Origin: Lentisphaerota bacterium
Lineage (GTDB): Bacteria; Verrucomicrobiota; Lentisphaeria; Victivallales; Victivallaceae
NCBI GenBank assembly: GCA_015061545.1
Contig: SUWJ01000011.1
Location: forward strand, 2,035 to 66,034
DNA length: 64,000 bases
Direction: 5' to 3'
The notes under the pieces were generated by a model that worked only from the letters and a program-made list of their open reading frames with translations, was not told the DNA's origin and searched no databases. The stretch's first letter is position 1. Each line of letters begins with the position of its first letter. This document shows positions 61,680 to 64,000 of this stretch, piece by piece. The translations under genes were made by a program, and so were the position numbers.

Positions 61680-62420
61680 TTATTGGATGTCGTCGCAGAA
61701 CGCTGCAATGTTGTAAATTGCATAATTCTGCTGCGTGCTGTTGATATTGGTGGATTTTACATGACCGCCCAGGTAAACTGCATTGAGCGCATTGGGGTGG
61801 TTGGAAACCCCTTTGGCCAACGAGGGAGTATAGCTTTTGCTGGTGGCGATGTTATGTTCAATCCAGATCACCGCACCGGGATTGTCGCGGCCGACCAGAC
61901 TGCGGCGGGTAGCGGCATCGTCCGGCTTGGTCTTACCCACCGAGGCGTATTGCTTTGAATAAGTATCGGCAGTACGGGGCAGGCGGTGCCACACATAACT
62001 GGAAGGACTCGACCAGCTGCCGACTGTATTGGTGCAGTTGGTGGCGTCAGAGGGGCACTGGAAATTGCGCAATTTATACTGCAGCAATTTATCGGATGCC
62101 ACACCAGCCGTACCGACTTCGCTCAACACACCGGTACGCGCCAGTTTGTACGGCGGCACCCGGTCGTTGGCAAACATACATCCGGCGCCGGAGTCGGTTC
62201 CGTCACCGGGAGTGTTTTCCGACATATGGGCGATCCAGCTTTTGTTGGAATCCGCATAAAGCATTTCTGCCAAACCGATCTGCTTGAGCTTGCTTACACA
62301 GCTTGCCATGCGGGCGCGTTCGCGGGCTGCAGAGAGTGCCGGCAGCAGCATTGCCGCCAGAATGGCAATAATTGCGATTACCACCAACAATTCAATCAAC
62401 GTAAAATGCTTTTTCATCAT
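61680..62420 (-). CDS. pseudopilin-like protein: prepilin-type N-terminal domain plus C-terminal H-X9-GG
   Basis: [51 protein letters not shown], and a C-terminal [15 protein letters not shown]. Confidence 0.88.
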   Translation of the reverse strand: MMKKHFTLIELLVVIAIIAILAAMLLPALSAARERARMASCVSKLKQIGLAEMLYADSNKSWIAHMSENTPGDGTDSGAGCMFANDRVPPYKLARTGVLSEVGTAGVASDKLLQYKLRNFQCPSDATNCTNTVGSWSSPSSYVWHRLPRTADTYSKQYASVGKTKPDDAATRRSLVGRDNPGAVIWIEHNIATSKSYTPSLAKGVSNHPNALNAVYLGGHVKSTNINSTQQNYAIYNIAAFCDDIQ

Positions 62421-62446
62421 AAAATCCTTTCTGGGGTTGATGTTGT

Positions 62447-64000
62447 TTAAATCACTTTATAGCTGAATACATTTTTGTTGATATTGAGTTTCAGCAAGCC
62501 GTTTTCCAACTTGACTTCTTCGCGGGAAATTTCTTTATTGTTCACATCCAGCTTGACGAGAGTTTTGCCCGCCTTGACCGGCAGTTTGCTCAAATCAATG
62601 CTGATCGTTTCCGCCTTGGCAAAGGGTACGGGAATGATTTCAATAGCGTTATTTTCAAAGAGCAATGCGTAAGCATTGGCGCATTTGACCACTCCGAAAT
62701 CAGTTGTCTGGCCGTTGCCGTTGACGTAAACATATTCATCGCCGAAGCTGTAATCCGCGCGGTGACCGTCCTGTTGGATCGACGCAGTTTCCACCTTGTC
62801 GGGCAAACTCAAATAGTAGCCGTAGGGCAGCAGGTCGATCGCTTTACCGTTGACATTGATCTGCCAGCTTTCTTTGGCGTTGGCATTGACATAAACCGTC
62901 ATGCCGTTGCTGTAAACGATCTTGAGCTGGTTGTAGCCGACCAGCTTATTGGCGATCGTTTCCGCCGCCGTCATAAGTTTGCCGTTGTAATGGTATTCAA
63001 TACTCTTGACGGGTACGCCGGCGTAGTACTTCTGGGTCTGCTTAAAGAGGTAGTAGCTCTTGAGTCTTTCCGGTTCAAGAGCCATTCTCCGCTTGGGAGT
63101 GCCGCCCACCGCTCCGAACAGATGCCCGATAGTGCCGTTGGCGAAGGAAAGCGCCATATAGCGGTCAAGAAGTTTCGGATCACTGGCAAAAGTCAAACGC
63201 AAATGCGTGCCGCAGTCATTGCTCAAAGGCTGGATCTTGCGCAGCTGGAATTCCGGGAACACAGGATCATCCGGCGAACCGTTCTGGGCGTAACTGTCGC
63301 AGAAGCCCGCCAGCGGCCATTGCATAATACCTTCCGACAGCGGTACGGCAAAGTCTTCGCGTTCCAGCATCAGACTCTTGGCAAGTACGCGGATCACCGG
63401 AGAAAATTTACCGGCTTCGGGCACGCGGGCATCCGAATCGGTAAATGCCCACGGTGCACGGCAGGTGTACTGGTCGGGATAGGTGCAAGTGAGTTTGAAC
63501 TTGCGTTTGAGTTCGGCATTGACCCGCCGCTGAATATCCAGTATATAAGCATATTTGCACATCTTGCTGCCGCCGGAACCGTAGCGGGTATCGCAATCGC
63601 TGTTGAGGGTCATCTTATCCAGCGAAGTTTCGTTTGATCCCACGCTGGGCAGCAAGGTAAAGTTGCTGTACAAACCCATGCGGTAGCCCAGATTGTCGGT
63701 GGTCTTTTTAAAGTATTCGGCTGCTTTTTCATCGCCGCCGAGATCCGGCAGAATGGTATCGACCATGCCGTCGTAACCGCCGCGGCGTTTGGGCGAGTAC
63801 TGACGGCCCAAGGTCTGGTGGTCGCGGATCATCAGATTGCGCATACCGTAACGGTGATAGCGTTCCCACATCAGGTAGTATTCATCAAAATAAGTGGGGT
63901 AGGGCATCTTATCGTACCACATACGCGTTACCCAGATGCCGTTTTTGGTAATATCCATGGTGGGATTTTTGGGGTTGGCAATATGGGGAACGACTTCTTC
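62447..64000 (-). CDS. uncharacterised protein, probable carbohydrate-active enzyme (partial; N-terminus beyond the right window edge)
   Basis: The reading frame stays open upstream of the track Met at 63958 through position 64000 (...[21 protein letters not shown]...). More than 517 aa with coding-like composition. It is the first gene of a minus-strand operon with the pseudopilin-like and DUF4434-like genes. Confidence 0.65.
   Translation of the reverse strand, partial: EEVVPHIANPKNPTMDITKNGIWVTRMWYDKMPYPTYFDEYYLMWERYHRYGMRNLMIRDHQTLGRQYSPKRRGGYDGMVDTILPDLGGDEKAAEYFKKTTDNLGYRMGLYSNFTLLPSVGSNETSLDKMTLNSDCDTRYGSGGSKMCKYAYILDIQRRVNAELKRKFKLTCTYPDQYTCRAPWAFTDSDARVPEAGKFSPVIRVLAKSLMLEREDFAVPLSEGIMQWPLAGFCDSYAQNGSPDDPVFPEFQLRKIQPLSNDCGTHLRLTFASDPKLLDRYMALSFANGTIGHLFGAVGGTPKRRMALEPERLKSYYLFKQTQKYYAGVPVKSIEYHYNGKLMTAAETIANKLVGYNQLKIVYSNGMTVYVNANAKESWQINVNGKAIDLLPYGYYLSLPDKVETASIQQDGHRADYSFGDEYVYVNGNGQTTDFGVVKCANAYALLFENNAIEIIPVPFAKAETISIDLSKLPVKAGKTLVKLDVNNKEISREEVKLENGLLKLNINKNVFSYKVI

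Noticed and set aside
1-64000. Search for mobile elements, prophage, CRISPR arrays, tRNA/rRNA genes and known defence systems
   Set aside because: No transposase, integrase or recombinase-like ORFs were seen. There are no repeat-spacer arrays and no cloverleaf-compatible or rRNA-like segments in the short intergenic regions. No nuclease/ATPase/RT combinations typical of defence islands were found. This was inspection by eye only; tRNAscan-SE, Infernal and a defence-system finder would be needed for a definitive negative.

Overview
Densely coded 64-kb chromosomal segment: about 50 CDS, with all intergenic gaps <=~320 nt. It is most consistent with a PVC-superphylum bacterium of the Lentisphaerota/Victivallales type. 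That placement is an inference from three pseudopilin-like genes with N-termini [32 protein letters not shown] and C-terminal H-X9-(D/G)G motifs. Housekeeping genes (leuA, larB, gmhB, lepB, nadE, murJ, split metH, AICARFT-only purH, tmk, holB, mnmG, hslO, pdxB, mutM) are interleaved with carbohydrate-utilisation loci:
- a tight L-rhamnose catabolic operon, rhaA / aldolase-dehydrogenase fusion / PHP-domain gene / rhaB;
- two GH78-type rhamnosidases, one truncated at the left window edge;
- a GH63-like enzyme and two GH42/GHL6-like proteins;
- a CBM-bearing glycosidase, a DUF4434-like protein and a GH73 muramidase-like protein;
- two tandem neutral-ceramidase-like paralogs.
Three accessory loci each combine a pseudopilin-like gene with large glycosidase-like genes; two of them have an adjacent regulator (GntR/LacI-type, AraC).

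By eye I saw no rRNA, tRNA, CRISPR array, transposase, integrase or recognisable defence genes. The points most worth following up are:
- the recurrent pseudopilin-glycosidase modules, whose pseudopilins lack the canonical Gly(-1) cleavage residue;
- the PHP-domain gene inside the rhamnose operon;
- a ~132-nt rod-like structured element at 52969-53100;
- the ceramidase-like tandem;
- several small unusual proteins: a Zn-ribbon protein with a polyacidic tail, a secreted HxxKH protein, and a CPxWDKF-repeat protein.

Many very long ORFs in the track (up to 1022 aa) are codon-aligned antisense shadows of real genes and were rejected. All start codons and functional calls come from reading the sequence and from motif memory. 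No database search was run.
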